DNA of 64,000 nt from Mytilus californianus (GCF_021869535.1 NW_026262707.1:806001-870000), one strand, 5' to 3'; positions 24,403-37,878 are shown, numbered from the stretch's first letter. The notes: generated by a model from the sequence alone, not told the origin. Program-made: numbers and translations.

Positions 24403-25341
24403 TTGACACATCCAAACAAATCATACTTAGCCACAAAAGATAAATGTAACAACTTTCATAACATCTATTTTAACGAAAATGAAAGGACTGTGAAACAGGC
24501 ATATGCTATTGGAAATGGGTTTATTTTTACCCAAGATATGCTTGCCTTGGTCCATAGGGAAGAGCAGTATGCAACGGGTTTGGTAGTTTTAAATCAATTT
24601 TCAACACCATTAATCACACAAAGAGCCATTCAAATGAGGAACATGCTCCTGCTCAGTTTACCCCCAAGGGTGACTGGGGAATAGAAATATGGTCACCATT
24701 GGTCTTCCTCCGACCGGCGGTAAAACCCTCGCTAAAGTGGGGCGTCCGTTTGGCTGTGCGGGATGTACAAATTCGCAGTCACGTCCGGTCAGAATGGGGA
24801 CGTTAAATCCGATGCCTCGTGTAAAGAGAGCGCCACGCTCTTTGCACGTTAAGAACCCTTGCAACAACTCTTTGAGGGGTCCGTAGGTGACCTGTTGCAA
24901 GGCTAAATTTCTGTCCCTATCCAATATATCCTCATTTCCTGTGGCAGTCTAAATTTCTCCGACCTTGATTACGGAGTCCCCTATTGCAGAACCTACCTAT
25001 TGTATTTATTGTTAATTTGTTCTCGTCCTGAATATGCATGAAATATTTGCCACTGGACGTTAAGCAACCAACAATCAATCAATCCTGCTCAGTTTTCATG
25101 TTTTGAAAATGGCTGCCTCAGCACTTTCAATTTATACAGGGAACTTGAAGATCAAATGATTATTGGTCATCATGAATTAGAAGAACTGAATGAAGGTACA
25201 TATGATCAGGTTAGAAGACAATGGGCTAAATGCTGCAACGAAGTAGTTATCAGCGAAAAAAACCTTACTTTAATACAATATAAATGGTACAATGGTTCAA
25301 AAATGTTTTGGTCTTTGGACAATGAAATAATTTATTTGTGA
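24403..25341 (+). pseudogene. Unassigned, probably transposon-derived coding remnant split by a SINE
   Basis: NEEHAPAQF|SCFENGCLSTFNLYRELEDQMIIGHHELEELNEGTYDQVRRQWA reads through once the SINE and one TSD copy are removed. Confidence 0.4.
24660..25082 (+). mobile_element. SINE-like family, full-length copy
   Basis: 13-bp TSD tcctgctcagttt at 24647-24659 and 25083-25095. Confidence 0.97.
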
Positions 25342-25566
25342 TAAGAAATTTTCTTTAACTTATGCTTGATGAATATATTCACACATCAATTAACTGAAAG
25401 GTACTGACAGGTTTATATGAATATAATTAATGTTTTGTTTTGTAGGAAATATAGGTTTAAGACATACAGAAGATTTGTTCAGTGAATATGGCATCGTCTT
25501 GGACGTAGCACCAGGATGATCTTGCCTACATGTGATGTTAAAAAAATAAAGGCAGTTTCTTATCAG

Positions 25567-26003
25567 GGGCCGGTTGTTCGTGTCATCAAAAAGTTTCAAC
25601 GTGGCGTTACTTAACGAATAGTTAAAAAGTTGCTGTTCAACTTGATTTAACGCTAGCGCTTACGTGACCGTTAGTACATCTTAACCCGTCGTTACATTTA
25701 AACTATGGTTTAGAGGCTATTTTAGTTACCAAAAATTCAGATTTTCGGAACTTCCTCCATAAACAAATATGGCCGACTTAACGTTTGCAATTCAGTTTAC
25801 TCATATTGTAAAAAAAAAAATTGGGAAAGAAAGCCTACTTTCTCTGAGGCTGAAATCAGTGTCCTCCAGGATGAAGTGGAGAAAAATTATGGAGACATCA
25901 ATAACAAATTTAGCAGTGCTGTCAGAATCAAAAGGAAGACAGCAGTATGGACCAAAATTACTATGATAGTGTATGCTCTTGGTGTTGCCCATAGATCTGT
26001 TAA
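25567..26003 (+). mobile_element. Harbinger-type left end with Myb/SANT-like ORF remnant
   Basis: cag|gggccggttgttc terminus; RKPTFSEAEISVLQDEVEKNYGDINNKFSS...KTAVWTKIT...ALGVAHRSVKD; cut by a SINE. Confidence 0.75.
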
Positions 26004-26318
26004 GATTGATTGATTGATTGTTGGTTGCTTAACGTCCAGTGGCAAATATTTCATGCATATTCAGGACGAGAACAAATTAACAATAAATACAATAGGTAGG
26101 TTCTGTAATAGAGGCGTCTGGGATTGAGGTCGGAGAAATTTAGACTGCCACGGGAAATGAGGGTATATTGGATAGGGACAGAAATTTAGCCTTGCAACAG
26201 GTCACCTACGGACCCCTCAAAGTTGTTGCAAGGGTTCTTAACGTGCAAAGAGCGTGGCATTCTCTTTACACGAGGCATCGGATTTAACGTCCCCATTCTG
26301 ACCGGACGTGGCTGCAAA
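26004..26318 (-). mobile_element. SINE-like family, 5'-truncated copy
   Basis: (gatt)n tail through ggacgtggctgcaaa; no TSD. Confidence 0.93.
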
Positions 26319-27968
26319 AAATGATACATGTAGTTTTAAAATAATAACATGCATATGATGGTTTCTAAAGAGGATTATGTATCGGTGTTGGGATTATGTA
26401 TCAATTATTTAACTATGAAATACCAACATTTATTACTAAAAGGACAATTCTTATTGAAACTATTTAATTCATTTAGAAACTGAAATATAAAATAATTGGT
26501 TGTCCATTCATATTTATAGTCTGCATAAGCTTTAAATAAAATAAAAATTTCTTATTTTTCAGAAGGCAGAACGAAATAATAATTTACTTGGCAATTATTG
26601 AATAAGGGACAATAAAAAAACACCAACAAATCGACAATGACTTCTATATATTTATATATCATCAGATCGAGAATCAGAAGAGGGGGTCATTACCCAAAGC
26701 CATCTTTGCGGACGTTGAAATTCAAGGAGTACAAATCAAAACTTGCTATAAAATATATTGAACATTGCTCAACCAAATGCAGACCACTCTTGATGAAACG
26801 CGCAATAGATCTGTCCATAAAGCCCATTCCAGAGGTCAATGAGGAAATGCAGTAGATGGTCAGGGACACTACTTTATTTTATATATAATATTAAGCTCAA
26901 ACAGACTATTAATATTGCGCATTTGGCAGCGCAACTGTGATTGGCAAGCATTATAATGTTTTTATCCATTCATAAAAACAGTATGTGAAAGCATTGCTCC
27001 ATCTCAGGGTGTAGAATTGATGACTCAATTGTATCAAAAAGTAAAATCACAAAAATACTGAACTCAGAGGAAAATCAAATCAAAGCATAAAATTGAAGAC
27101 TATTGAAACTAAACAAAAAGATGCAGTTACAGAGACAATCATATCTGCTTAAAAGAAATTGCTTAAAAGAAAGCAGAAGATAGTGATGCAACTAGAAAAT
27201 ATGCTTCAACTCGTGGACGAGGACAGTATGTTACTCCACCAAAGATCACGCATTCGCCTTTCAAAACAGAAAATTTATCATTTCATTGAATTTATTTCTA
27301 CTGCATGTTATCTTCAAGTAGTTGGATTTGGATCAAGACATTATACATTGATCACCTTTTTCTGATAAAAATAATTTTAGAGAAAAACATTTGACAATTA
27401 CGGGATTATTTCGTAAAGGTCTGGAAATCAAAATAAATAAAACTGTTTATTTAAAGAATATATAATAAAAGAAGATGTGGTATAATAAACTGTTTATCAT
27501 TATTATCTGAAATCCATCCCCGACTCAAACAAGGCGACCTATCAAAACATTTCCATTCAACACATACGCTTCTGCATCTATGTCTTTTAGTCTTGCTTAA
27601 AAAAACATGATATATGTATAACCTTGCATAATGGTATGGGGTAGTCTTAACCTTCGTTTTGTCCGTGAATCTACCTATTGAAATGTAAATTGGATTCGAT
27701 ATTCCAATCCATCAAGGACCATAAATCCTGATTAGGTAAAATGAAAAAAGTCAATCTGGAAATTGACATTTTTATTTTGACTTATTCTAATAATGTAATA
27801 TATGTTCAAAAATTTCACCAAGTATTCACATTTCATTATATCTCCAAAACGAGTTTTCTGACTTAACTGGTTGTAAAATTCAAGCTCAAAATAAAGTACA
27901 GGATGAAGTTAATTTGTAACATTTGTTTGCATTGATGATAAGGCTATTGTACCAGTTGGGGTACACCA

Positions 27969-28460
27969 GGGTCCAGTTGTTCAAAAGTGTCGTTAAATTT
28001 AACGACAATTAAGCCTAAAGAAGTCGTCAAATCTGAACGCAGTCGCTAACTAATCAATGCGTTAAAAAATGTTCAAAAAATGTTAACGACAATGTTACCT
28101 AGTGTTTAACTTTGACGATGTAATTAAAATAAATAATACCCACAATTTTTAGAAAAAAATCAACTTCCTGTATTATTCAACATGGCCGAACATATGTCTG
28201 TAAAAATACAAGGGAGAGGAAATTAAATTTCACTGCTACTGAGAGCAACCTCATTAGTGAGCTGGTTACAACACACCTAGACCTTCTGCAAGGGAAGCAT
28301 TCCCCAGAAGTGACCAACGACAAAAAGCAGGAAATGTGGGTAGACATCACCAGCAAGGTCCATGCCTTGGGGTCTGCCTCAGGATAGAAACAGAGGTGAG
28401 GAATCGATGGAGAAACCTTAGTCGTGGGGCAAAAGTTTACCAATCTGCAGAGGGAAAGGT
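27969..28460 (+). mobile_element. Second Harbinger-type left end with Myb/SANT-like ORF remnant
   Basis: gggtccagttgttcaaaa terminus; RERKLNFTATESNLISELV...VTNDKKQEMWVDITSKVHALG...EVRNRWRNL. Confidence 0.8.
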
Positions 28461-28947
28461 CACAAACTGGTGGTGGTTCTCTTCCTACCCAGCCTTCCCA
28501 GGCAGAGGTGAACATCATAAACTGCATGAAGGACACTGCCTCTTTCCGTGGAGTTCCCGGTGGTCTTTTTTGACTTTCCTTCCATCATAATCTTTTCACC
28601 CTGATTCATCAATTTATAAACTTTTCTCTTTTTCTCTCTTAATACCATGTCACTTGTCATCGTTACCCGTGTTTATTAACGAGTAAGTGAGATTTATAAT
28701 TACCGCTGATTTTTATTATCAGGGTGACGTCTAAAGGAAAATACGACGAGTAACCGTTCCTGATCTACTGATCACCTAATTAGTACCATGTATTCGAAAA
28801 CCAGTTCAGAAAACAACTTGGGTTATCTCGCTTGGAAATGTCCAATATTGTTGAACATGTTTTCCTCGGAGTTCAGTATTTTTGTGATTTTACTTTTTGA
28901 GTGGTTCTAGTTTTATCAATACAGAATCGGGTACATAATTCCTTAAA

Positions 28948-30345
28948 TAATGGTCTGTGTGGATTTGTCTGGGAACACCAAATCTTCTGGAGTGCAAATG
29001 TGGCCTAGTCTTTGTAGTATTAAGAATTTTGAGCCTTTAGTTGTTGCTCTTTATTGTGGAAATTCAAAGCCTTGTACAATAAATGAATACCTTGATGATT
29101 TTTTGCATGAACTTTCTGGACTTATACAAGATGGATTAAGGTTTAATGAAACTGATTTTGATATAGTTTTAGAAGCTATGATTTGTGATGTGCCAGCAAG
29201 AGCTAACTTGAAAAGCAGTAAAGGACACAATGCTTATTACAACTGTGAAAGATGTGTAATAAAAGGCACACGGAAGGGTCGAGTAGAGTTTAACATTAGT
29301 GATGATTTACCTCCTTTGCGTTCTGAAGCAGGTTTCAATAACTTTGAATACACTGATCATCAAGTTCGGTTATCACCGTTAGTGCATGCAGGTATATCTT
29401 GTATTAAAATTTTTCCACTGGACTACATGCATTAAGTTTGCTTAGGAGTGGTAAAGCGAATTTTACAATTTATTAAACAAGGTCCAAGAGAGTGTAGACT
29501 TTCTCACCAGGAGATTCAAGTTTAATCCGATCGACTGTTGTCTTTAAATGGGAAAATGCCTAGAGAATTTGCAAGACAACCACGCTCTCTGTATTATTTA
29601 GATAGATGGAAGGCTACTGAGTTCAGACAATTTATTGTATACAGGCCCAATAGTTGTGCGCTCACTTGTCTCAAACCAACTATATGACCACCTCCTGTCA
29701 TTAACAGTTGCTATTTCAATACTCTTGGAATCTAAAGATGACCGTAGAAATTCACAAGTTGAATATGCAAGAGAACTACTTATATATTTTGTGCGGAACT
29801 GTCAGTTGGTTTATAGAGAGACATTTGTGTCTTACAATGTCCACTCATTAATACACTTGACTGATGACATAATGAACTACAACCAACAAATCAATGAATG
29901 ATTTATGTGCTTTTCCATTTGAAAACCATTTGCAAAACTAAAAAAGAAGGTAAAGAAAGCTCAAAATCCTATTGCACACGTAGCAAAACGATTGCATGAA
30001 TTGGAAAAAGCTAAGTGTAGACAAATACCACAAAAAATCCATATATATGTATCAACAAGAAAGAAGGACAGTTGCTTTTTATTGAAAAACAATAAGTTTG
30101 CCTTCATACAGGAGAAGCGAAATGACAAATTTATGTGTGATGTTTTTGAACGCCATAATTAAGTAAGTTTTTTTCTAAACCATGTGACTCTAAGATATTG
30201 GACATTTTATTACCAAAAGATATTAGGAGAGGTTCACAAAGGATTTCATTGGACCGTAATGATTTCCAGAGAAAGGTTGTTTGTCTACCTTTTGACAGAG
30301 GTTACCTTCCAATACCAATGCTGCACATCATGGAACGTTTCTGAA
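28948..30345 (+). pseudogene. CMC/EnSpm-type transposase remnant
   Basis: MICDVPARANLKSSKGHNAYYNCERC, LDYMH*VCLGVVKR, RQPRSL...RWKATEFRQF, SYNVHSLIHLTDD, FPFENHL; stops and frameshifts. Confidence 0.88.
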
Positions 30346-31284
30346 CACTTCTAGCACATGTAGAAATGTAATTGTCAGCTTGGGTAAGTGTGTTTTAATG
30401 CATCACTGCATGCTCATTCATGAATGTATTGATTCCTTATAGTTTTTGATTGCAATAGCTAAAAAATGTTAGATCTCACTTTAATACATGGAAACTTGTC
30501 CAGAATTGCATGTATTGGTAGGTAGTGCATGATGTACATTTAAAGTAATCAAAGATATCAAGAGATGAAGAAAACTTTTTTTTCTGTAAAAAAATGGACT
30601 TAAAGGCTCAAACCCATGTCAGCATTTAAAAAACATATTGGTACACTTTACACATGAATTTGAGTCAAGATCATGAAGATAAAGCAAATGACCTGTATTT
30701 TTTTAACTTGATAAGAAATTAAATAAAAATTTTAACAAAAATATGTTATTCATAGTTTTGCATTTAAAAAAAAAATCATAGAATTGATACATTTTTTGTA
30801 CATGTGATAGATAATGCAAAATTTCACTTCAGATACATTTCTACAGACTCAATATATTTCATTTACATGTACCCTGAAAATCCAGAGGTTTATCTTGAAG
30901 TTGCACTGTATTATTCAAGTGTGTTTTTGACCTTGTTTTGATGACTAAATTTTATTACAGCCAATACAAGAAACAGTTGAGATGGGGAAAAGTGACGTAA
31001 TTTGATATAATTTTATGACGTCAAGCCAATATGACCGTTACATTTGTGACACATTAATTAAAAACATAGCACTGTTTTTTCTTTGGTCTTTTTTTTTGAA
31101 AAAGATGCAGCAATAAGGAAAAGCTTGCAAAAATTAAAACATGGACATATATGTGTCCCTCCGGCAGCAAGAGGGTTAACCAAGTTAAGGCGTGTCTTCT
31201 TTTTTCAAATTCTGGATTCGCATCTGACTGTTTTCAAACTTGTCTCAAAGGAAAACTTCACTTTTATACATATATATCAAGGGC

Positions 31285-31412
31285 GGATTTAGGGGGGAGG
31301 CTGGGTCCCTCCCCCCTTTTGTGGGAAAAATTTGGTTGATTATATAGGGAATCACCTAAGCATGACTGGAGCCCCCTCTTTTTTCCCCCTTACAAAAAGT
31401 TGTGTATCCGCC
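31285..31412. mobile_element. Short MITE with ggcggat...atccgcc termini
   Basis: gggcggatttagggggg at the left, tgtatccgcc at the right. Confidence 0.6.
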
Positions 31413-31461
31413 AATGTTTATGAATAAATATATATAATATTATGCAGGCCTTGGCCTTTAC

Positions 31462-31670
31462 CTTTGTTTACTTTGTTTACTTCTGATCTGAAACGTGTTC
31501 GGTCTCCAATTGTTGTGATTCCCAGTCGCGACAAGTCTGTGTCTGTTGAGATGCGACATGTTGCTAAATTGTCAACTTTACTTTCAACAAAATTGTTAAA
31601 CAAAGTAACTTAAATGGATGTTTGTCAGCACTGCTTCGACTGCGTCTACGTTAGTTAGCGTCGACGCCAT
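31462..31670 (-). pseudogene. SAM-domain-like first exon with a 1-nt frameshift
   Basis: aagATGGCG start; MASTLTNVDAVEAVLTNIHLSY/FNNFVESKVD...TDTDLSRLGITTIGDRTRFR; GT donor after 31462. Confidence 0.55.
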
Positions 31671-31710
31671 CTTAAATTATAATTATTTAAACATCGGATC
31701 GGAATCAGTT

Positions 31711-32141
31711 TTGATTGATTGATTGATTGTTGGTTGCTTAACGTCCAGTGGCAAATATTTCATGCATATTCAGGAAGAGAACAAATTAACTATAAATAAA
31801 TTAGGTAGGTTCTGTAATAGGGGCGTCCGGGAATAAGGTCGAAGAAATTTAGACTGCCACGGGAAATAAGGGTATATTGGATAGGGACAGAAATTTAGCC
31901 TTGCAACAGGTCACCTACGGACCCCTCAAAGAGTTGTTGCAAGGGTTCTTAACGTGCAAAGAGCGTGGCATTCTCTTTACACGAGGCATCGGATTTAACG
32001 TCCCCATTCTGACCGGACGTGGCTGCAAATTTGTACATCCCGCACAGCCAAACGGACGCCCCACTTTAGCAAGGGTTTTACTGCCGGTCGGAGGAAAACC
32101 AATGGTGACCATACTTCTATTCCCCACTCACCCTTGGGGGG
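31711..32141 (-). mobile_element. SINE-like family, full-length copy without evident TSD
   Basis: (ttga)n tail through cacccttgggggg. Confidence 0.94.
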
Positions 32142-32199
32142 ACGTATACCGTATAATCCACGTGGTATAATCATTCTAATCATAATCATGTTCATTGAC

Positions 32200-33075
32200 C
32201 ATAACAACGATGAAAGCACGTCATATAATGACGTTTTGACACCATATAATGAAGTAAGTCTAACCACATAATATAATGATAAGATCACATCATATAAAGA
32301 TGTTTGCACACAATATAATGGAAAATGCACATAATAAAAAGATATTTCTACATAATATTAAGATGTTTGTACATAATATAAGTGAAAAATCACATAATAT
32401 AAATTTGTTTGCACATAATATAAGGAAAAACGCACATAATATACAGACATTTGCACAGCATATAAAGTCATTCGTGCATAATATAAAAACAAAATCACAG
32501 CATATACGGATGTTTGCACATCATATAATGTAGTAAATCGAACCACTAATATAATGATAAGATCACATCATATAAAGATGTTTGCACATAATATAACGGT
32601 AAACGCACATAATATAAAAAAGACAATTGTTCATCATATAAGGATGTTTGGACATCATATAAGGATACATGCACATTATATAAGTATATATGCACATCAT
32701 ATAAGGATGTATGCACATCATATTAGTATATATGCACATCATTTAAGTATATATGCATATCATATAAGTATATTTGCACACCATATAAGTATATATGCAC
32801 ATCATATAATGTAGTAAATCGAACCACTTAATATAATGATAAGATCACATCATATAAAGATTTGTGCACATAATATAACGGTAAACGCATATAAGAATAT
32901 TTGCACATCATATAAGTATAGATGCACATCAAAAAAGTGTATATGCACATCATATAAGGATATTTGGACAACATATAATGTCAACTGGACACCATATAAA
33001 GGTTTGTACACCTCATATATTGACAAATGCACATCGTATAAGGGTAAAATCACATCATATAATGGCAAATGGACA
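32200..33075. repeat. 21-bp minisatellite organised in ~280-bp higher-order units
   Basis: gcacatcatataag-type monomers; block atgataagatcacatcatataaagat recurs at 32276, 32554 and 32836. Confidence 0.9.
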
Positions 33076-33344
33076 TAATAAGACAGTTTTGGCGTTCCAT
33101 AAGGAAGACTTGACTGACATTCCGATATTCTTCAAATGGCTGATATATTGTTCTTTGTTCCAATGCATGGGATCATTTGAATCATGCATCGCTGGCCACT
33201 CATTATAAAACGGTATCGATAATCCACAAAATATTCTGATTTTCTGGATCGTTGTACTGGATGGTCCTACCTTTGATTGTCCTGGTTTCTCTCTGAAATA
33301 GCATACAAAGAAAGTATTGGTAAAAAAACACGCATAATAAATTT

Positions 33345-33462
33345 TAATTTCTATAATATTATGGGTCCTCAATGTTCTTTTAGTTCCTACTTTATTTGGC
33401 CTTACAATAATTTTGATTTGAGTGTCACTGACGAGTCATGTATAGACGGAACACGCTTCTGG
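33345..33462 (+). repeat. Decayed copy of the hammerhead-bearing repeat
   Basis: ggtcctcaatg...ttttgatttgagtgtca-ctgacga-gtc-atgtata-gac-ggaa-cacgcttc; homologous to 57062-57298. Confidence 0.7.
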
Positions 33463-34461
33463 ATTTAGGTCATGCATGATATCATTCAAACAAATCGTAT
33501 TTCACAATCTACAACCTCCAAATAATATTTATTATTTGAAAAATACTTTTAACTTACACATTCACTTCATCTGGTACAATTTTCACTGGCAGATTGCTCC
33601 AGTTTAACAGCCAGTTTGTTCAATTGGTTCAAATTCTCGATTTAGAAGCATTTAGTGCACTTATTTTTTATTAAATTTTTCTTTAACACTAGAATATGTT
33701 TTTAGAACTCCTGAGTTTTCCCTACTATGTACATTTTATGCCCCCTGATCCTCAATATGTTTCTCTGTTTCTGAAACTGAAATGTAGAAGATAATAACAA
33801 ATCATTATGACATTAACATGAAAAGCAATCATAACAGCACTTATAGCATAAACACAGATGAATAAAATACATGTTTAACCTGCTGCATTTTAAATACATC
33901 TGGTTTAAGTCAGGAGTGTGCGGCTCAGTATATGTCATTTGTTGGTGTGGTTCATAGCTAGGGTTTTTTGTTTGATATATAGATTAGACTGTTGTCTAGT
34001 CATTCGAGGCCATTCTTTAGTTTGCTGTTCAGTGTGAGCTAAGACTCCATGTTGAAGGCCGTACTTTGACCTTTAATTGACGTCTCAAGTACATTAATCA
34101 ATTGCCATTTGTATTTTACGCATTTTGATATGCAGGGGTGTTTATCATTTTTTATCATGGCTGTGATGGTTTGTCTTCTATCATCAGGTTTGATTGTCTG
34201 CTGCCTTGGTAGCAAACATTGACATCTTTAAAAGAGAACCAACTTGTAGATATGATGACAAAACTACCTTGACCAACAATATTTACCTGACGAAACTGCA
34301 CGGCAAAATGGTATGCTACAAAATCACTATTTTTAATTAAGGATTCTATACTGGAATATTTTTCTGATATCCCTGATGCTAATGGGTTTGTAAAGTTAAG
34401 AATAGACTGCAAGAGTTTATCATCCTCGGAATCATTGTGCGACTAGAATTTGTTTTGTAGT

Positions 34462-34891
34462 ATTGATTGATTGATTGTTGGTTGCTTAACGTCAAGTGGC
34501 AAATATTTCATGCATGTTCAGGACGAGAACAAGTTAACAATAAATACAATAAGAAGGTCTTGTCTTAATAGCGGCCATTCGGGATGATGGTCGGGGAAAT
34601 TTGGACTGCCACTGGAAAATGAGGCTATATTAGATAGGGACAGAAATTTTGCCTTGCAACAGGCCACCTACAGACCCCTCAAAGAGTTGTTGCAAGGGTT
34701 CTTAACGTGCAAAGAGCGTGGAACTCTCTTTACACGAGGCATCGGATTTAACGTCCCCATTCTGAACGGACGTGACTGCGAACTTGATACATCCCGCACA
34801 GCCAAACAGACGCCCACTTCGGCAAGCGTCTTACTGCCGGTCGGGAGAAGACGAAGTGACCATATTTCGTTTCCCTTAGTCACCCTTCGGG
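34462..34891 (-). mobile_element. SINE-like family, full-length older-subfamily copy
   Basis: 12-13 bp TSD (t)ttgttttgtagt at 34449-34461 and 34892-34904; 5' end ACCCGAAGGGT. Confidence 0.95.
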
Positions 34892-37018
34892 TTTGTTTTG
34901 TAGTTAATTCTTCTAGAATCTTGTTTAGAAAACTATCTATTCGATGAAAGAAAAAAAAATCTCTTGTTTAAATATCAATTTGTAAATTGGAAAAAAAACC
35001 TTAAATGCAATTGTTTTCATTATTTTATTGTAGTTAAATTATAAGAAGAATGGATTATTGTAATAACTGTAGTGTCGTTAATTGCATATGTATATTTTTT
35101 CCATTTGTTTTATATTTAGAAAGAATATTTTAAATTCATGTAATTTTGTTCATGTACATTTTTTAGTCTAATTATGGGTATTTGTTATTGAGTGCTTAAT
35201 TTTTTTTCATTAAAGATGTATGAGTTACTTACGAAATTTAAATTGACTACTAGGGAGTGTCATGACAATATTGTTTAGATAGATGGTTCAATTTCATGGA
35301 CATAGAAAATGTTGTTCGATTTTTTCTGTAAATGCTACATAATACCAATCTGCCATCATGGAATATTTTTAGAGTTTCAACTTGCACAATTAATTTAAAG
35401 TAGCAGTAACATGATGTGAGAATAAAGTGCAGTTAATAAGACATGTCTTTTGTTGTCCCCGTTAAGGCAAGATCACACTAAAATGATAGATGGGAGGGAA
35501 AACAACAATTTTTACAGGAAGTATCAATTTAAAATCCATTTTAAAATAGACTCAAAAACGTCAGTGAATATTTGTTTTCAATGTACGTACTTGGGTGTAA
35601 ATAAATTAGTTTTTAAACATAAACTTAAAGAAATCATTTGAATATAGCCACAAGATGCCTGACAACATTTTTTACATGCTAATAAAGACCAAATCAGTTT
35701 TGGTAGTAACTACCACATACAGAACATTAGTACCTATCTGGGTTGAGGTCTTTTTGGTGCTCTTTAAAATATTTGATGAATTTATAGGCTTTCCCGCAAT
35801 CGTCACATTTAACATATGTACATTGCTATTTTCACAAAGTTTGTAGTGACTGTATCTACTGTTTTCATACTGAAAAGATTTTGTGCAGGCGAAATTCTTC
35901 TCATTTTTTACCTACAATAAATGCATGTATATGACAATTCAATATAAAAATAAAGATTAATATAATGTTTAAAAAAGGGTTTTTTAACAACATAGCCTAT
36001 TTACTTCTTCCTTGGCATCTCATTTTCTTTCTGCACTCTCAATTTTGTAGTTGTTAAGTGCTTTCCTGTTCTCCTCTCCGAAGGTTCCTTTTCAGCTGAC
36101 TTGATATCCTCTTCTTTAGCCTTTTATCTCTTCAAACGGGCAATATAACTTCCAAACCTATTAAGTTCAGCCTGGTGACTTCTTTTTAATACATTCATCT
36201 CGGCTTTAAGCTCTCTATAAGATTAGAAAGTCTCTTCCGTCTGACAGAGGTTGTCAAGGGCGTTAAACTTACCACTGTCTTCCATAATTTCTCAAATCTG
36301 TTCCTTTACCTCCTCAATTAAGGCACAAGAGTGATCCTTGTGTAGTGTATCACATGATACGTCTGTTCCTAATTTTACAAAATATGGGTGAGGGTTGAAT
36401 AATGCAGCTATTGCGAGAATCTAGGTTGAACTGTTTCATCTTCTCAAGATGAGGCTTGTAACTTATAATATGTCTGTCCATACTTCTGCGAGTTTTTCCT
36501 CGATAATGGCAAATGTTGCAGGAAAATGGTACCTGGTCTTCCTCTACACGTGTCAGTATGGCAGTATCTCTTTTCTTGCCTTCATACAAACAGCCAGCCA
36601 AATTGCAATTATATTTTTCAGACTTGTCCCACCGCTGCCACCAGACATCATTATATATACCATTTCAGTTTTACAACACGTATATAGCTAGTAATCTATA
36701 ATCACACGACACATAGTGCAGTCTTATCTTATGTTTCAATCAAAATGAATTGATATATAACTATGGAGGTAATCCAAAAAGATATAAGAAAAGAAAAAAA
36801 AAATAATTGGAAAACAATTTGAGTGAAAAAAAATATATGGGTAAATGTGTAAGATCGGCCACTTTCTTTATTGATTACTTTACTATATTTTACAATGAAT
36901 TTGATTACGTTTAATAGATAGTTGTATTAGATGGTATCTTAAATCTACTACATTATAAAGACACTTATAGATAATTGCTTAAGATGTTCCATTAGATCGG
37001 CCACTTTCTTTATTGATT

Positions 37019-37878
37019 GATTGATTGATTGTTGGTTGCTTAACGTCCAGTGGCAAATATTTCATGCATATTCAGGACGAGAACAAGTTTACAATAAATA
37101 CAACAGGTAGGTTCTGTAATAGATTAAGGGATTCAGGTCGGAGAAATTTAGACTGCCACGGGAAATGAGGGTATATTGGATAGGGACAGAAATTTATTGA
37201 TTGATTGATTGTTGGTTGCTTAACGTCCAGTGGCAAATATTTCATGCATATTCAGGACGAGAACAAATTAACAATAAATACAATAGGTAGATTCTGTAAG
37301 AGGGGCGTCCGGGATTAAGGTCGGAGAAATTTAGACTGCCACGGGAAATGAGGGTATATTGGATAGGGACAGAAATTTAGCCTTCCAACAGGTCACCTAC
37401 GGACCCCTCAAAGAGTTGTTGCAAGGGTTCTTAACGTGCAAAGAGCGTGGCACTCTCGTTACACGAGGCATCGGATTTAACGTCCCCATTCTGACCGGAC
37501 GTGGCTGCATATTTGTACATCCCGCACAGCCAAACGGACGCCCCACTTTAGCGAGGGTTTTACCACCGGTCGGAGGAAGACCAATGGTGACCATATTTCT
37601 ATTCCCCAGTCACCCTTGGGGGGCGACCGAAATTTAGCCTTGCAACAGGTCACCTACGGACACCTCAAAGAGTTGTTGCAAGGGTTCTTAACGTGCAAAG
37701 AGCGTGGCACTCTCTTTACACGAGGCATCGGATTTAACGTCCCCATTCTGACCGGACGTGGCTGCAAATTTGTACATCCCGCACAGCCAAACGGACGCCC
37801 CACTTTGACGAGGGTTTTACCGCCGGTCGGAGGAAGAGCAATGGTGACCATACTTCTATTCCCCAGTCACCCTTGGGG
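37019..37878 (-). mobile_element. SINE-like family, outer copy of a nested pair
   Basis: Two halves (37019-37196 and 37629-37878) rebuild one element; TSD ctttctttattgatt at 37004-37018 and 37881-37895. Confidence 0.92.
37197..37622 (-). mobile_element. SINE-like family, inner full-length copy
   Basis: 8-bp TSD gaaattta at 37189-37196 and 37629-37636, plus 6 extra nt (gcgacc) at the 5' junction. Confidence 0.92.

Noticed and set aside
32200-33075. CRISPR-like array
   Set aside because: Monomers are contiguous degenerate repeats without unique spacers, the context is eukaryotic, and there are no cas genes.
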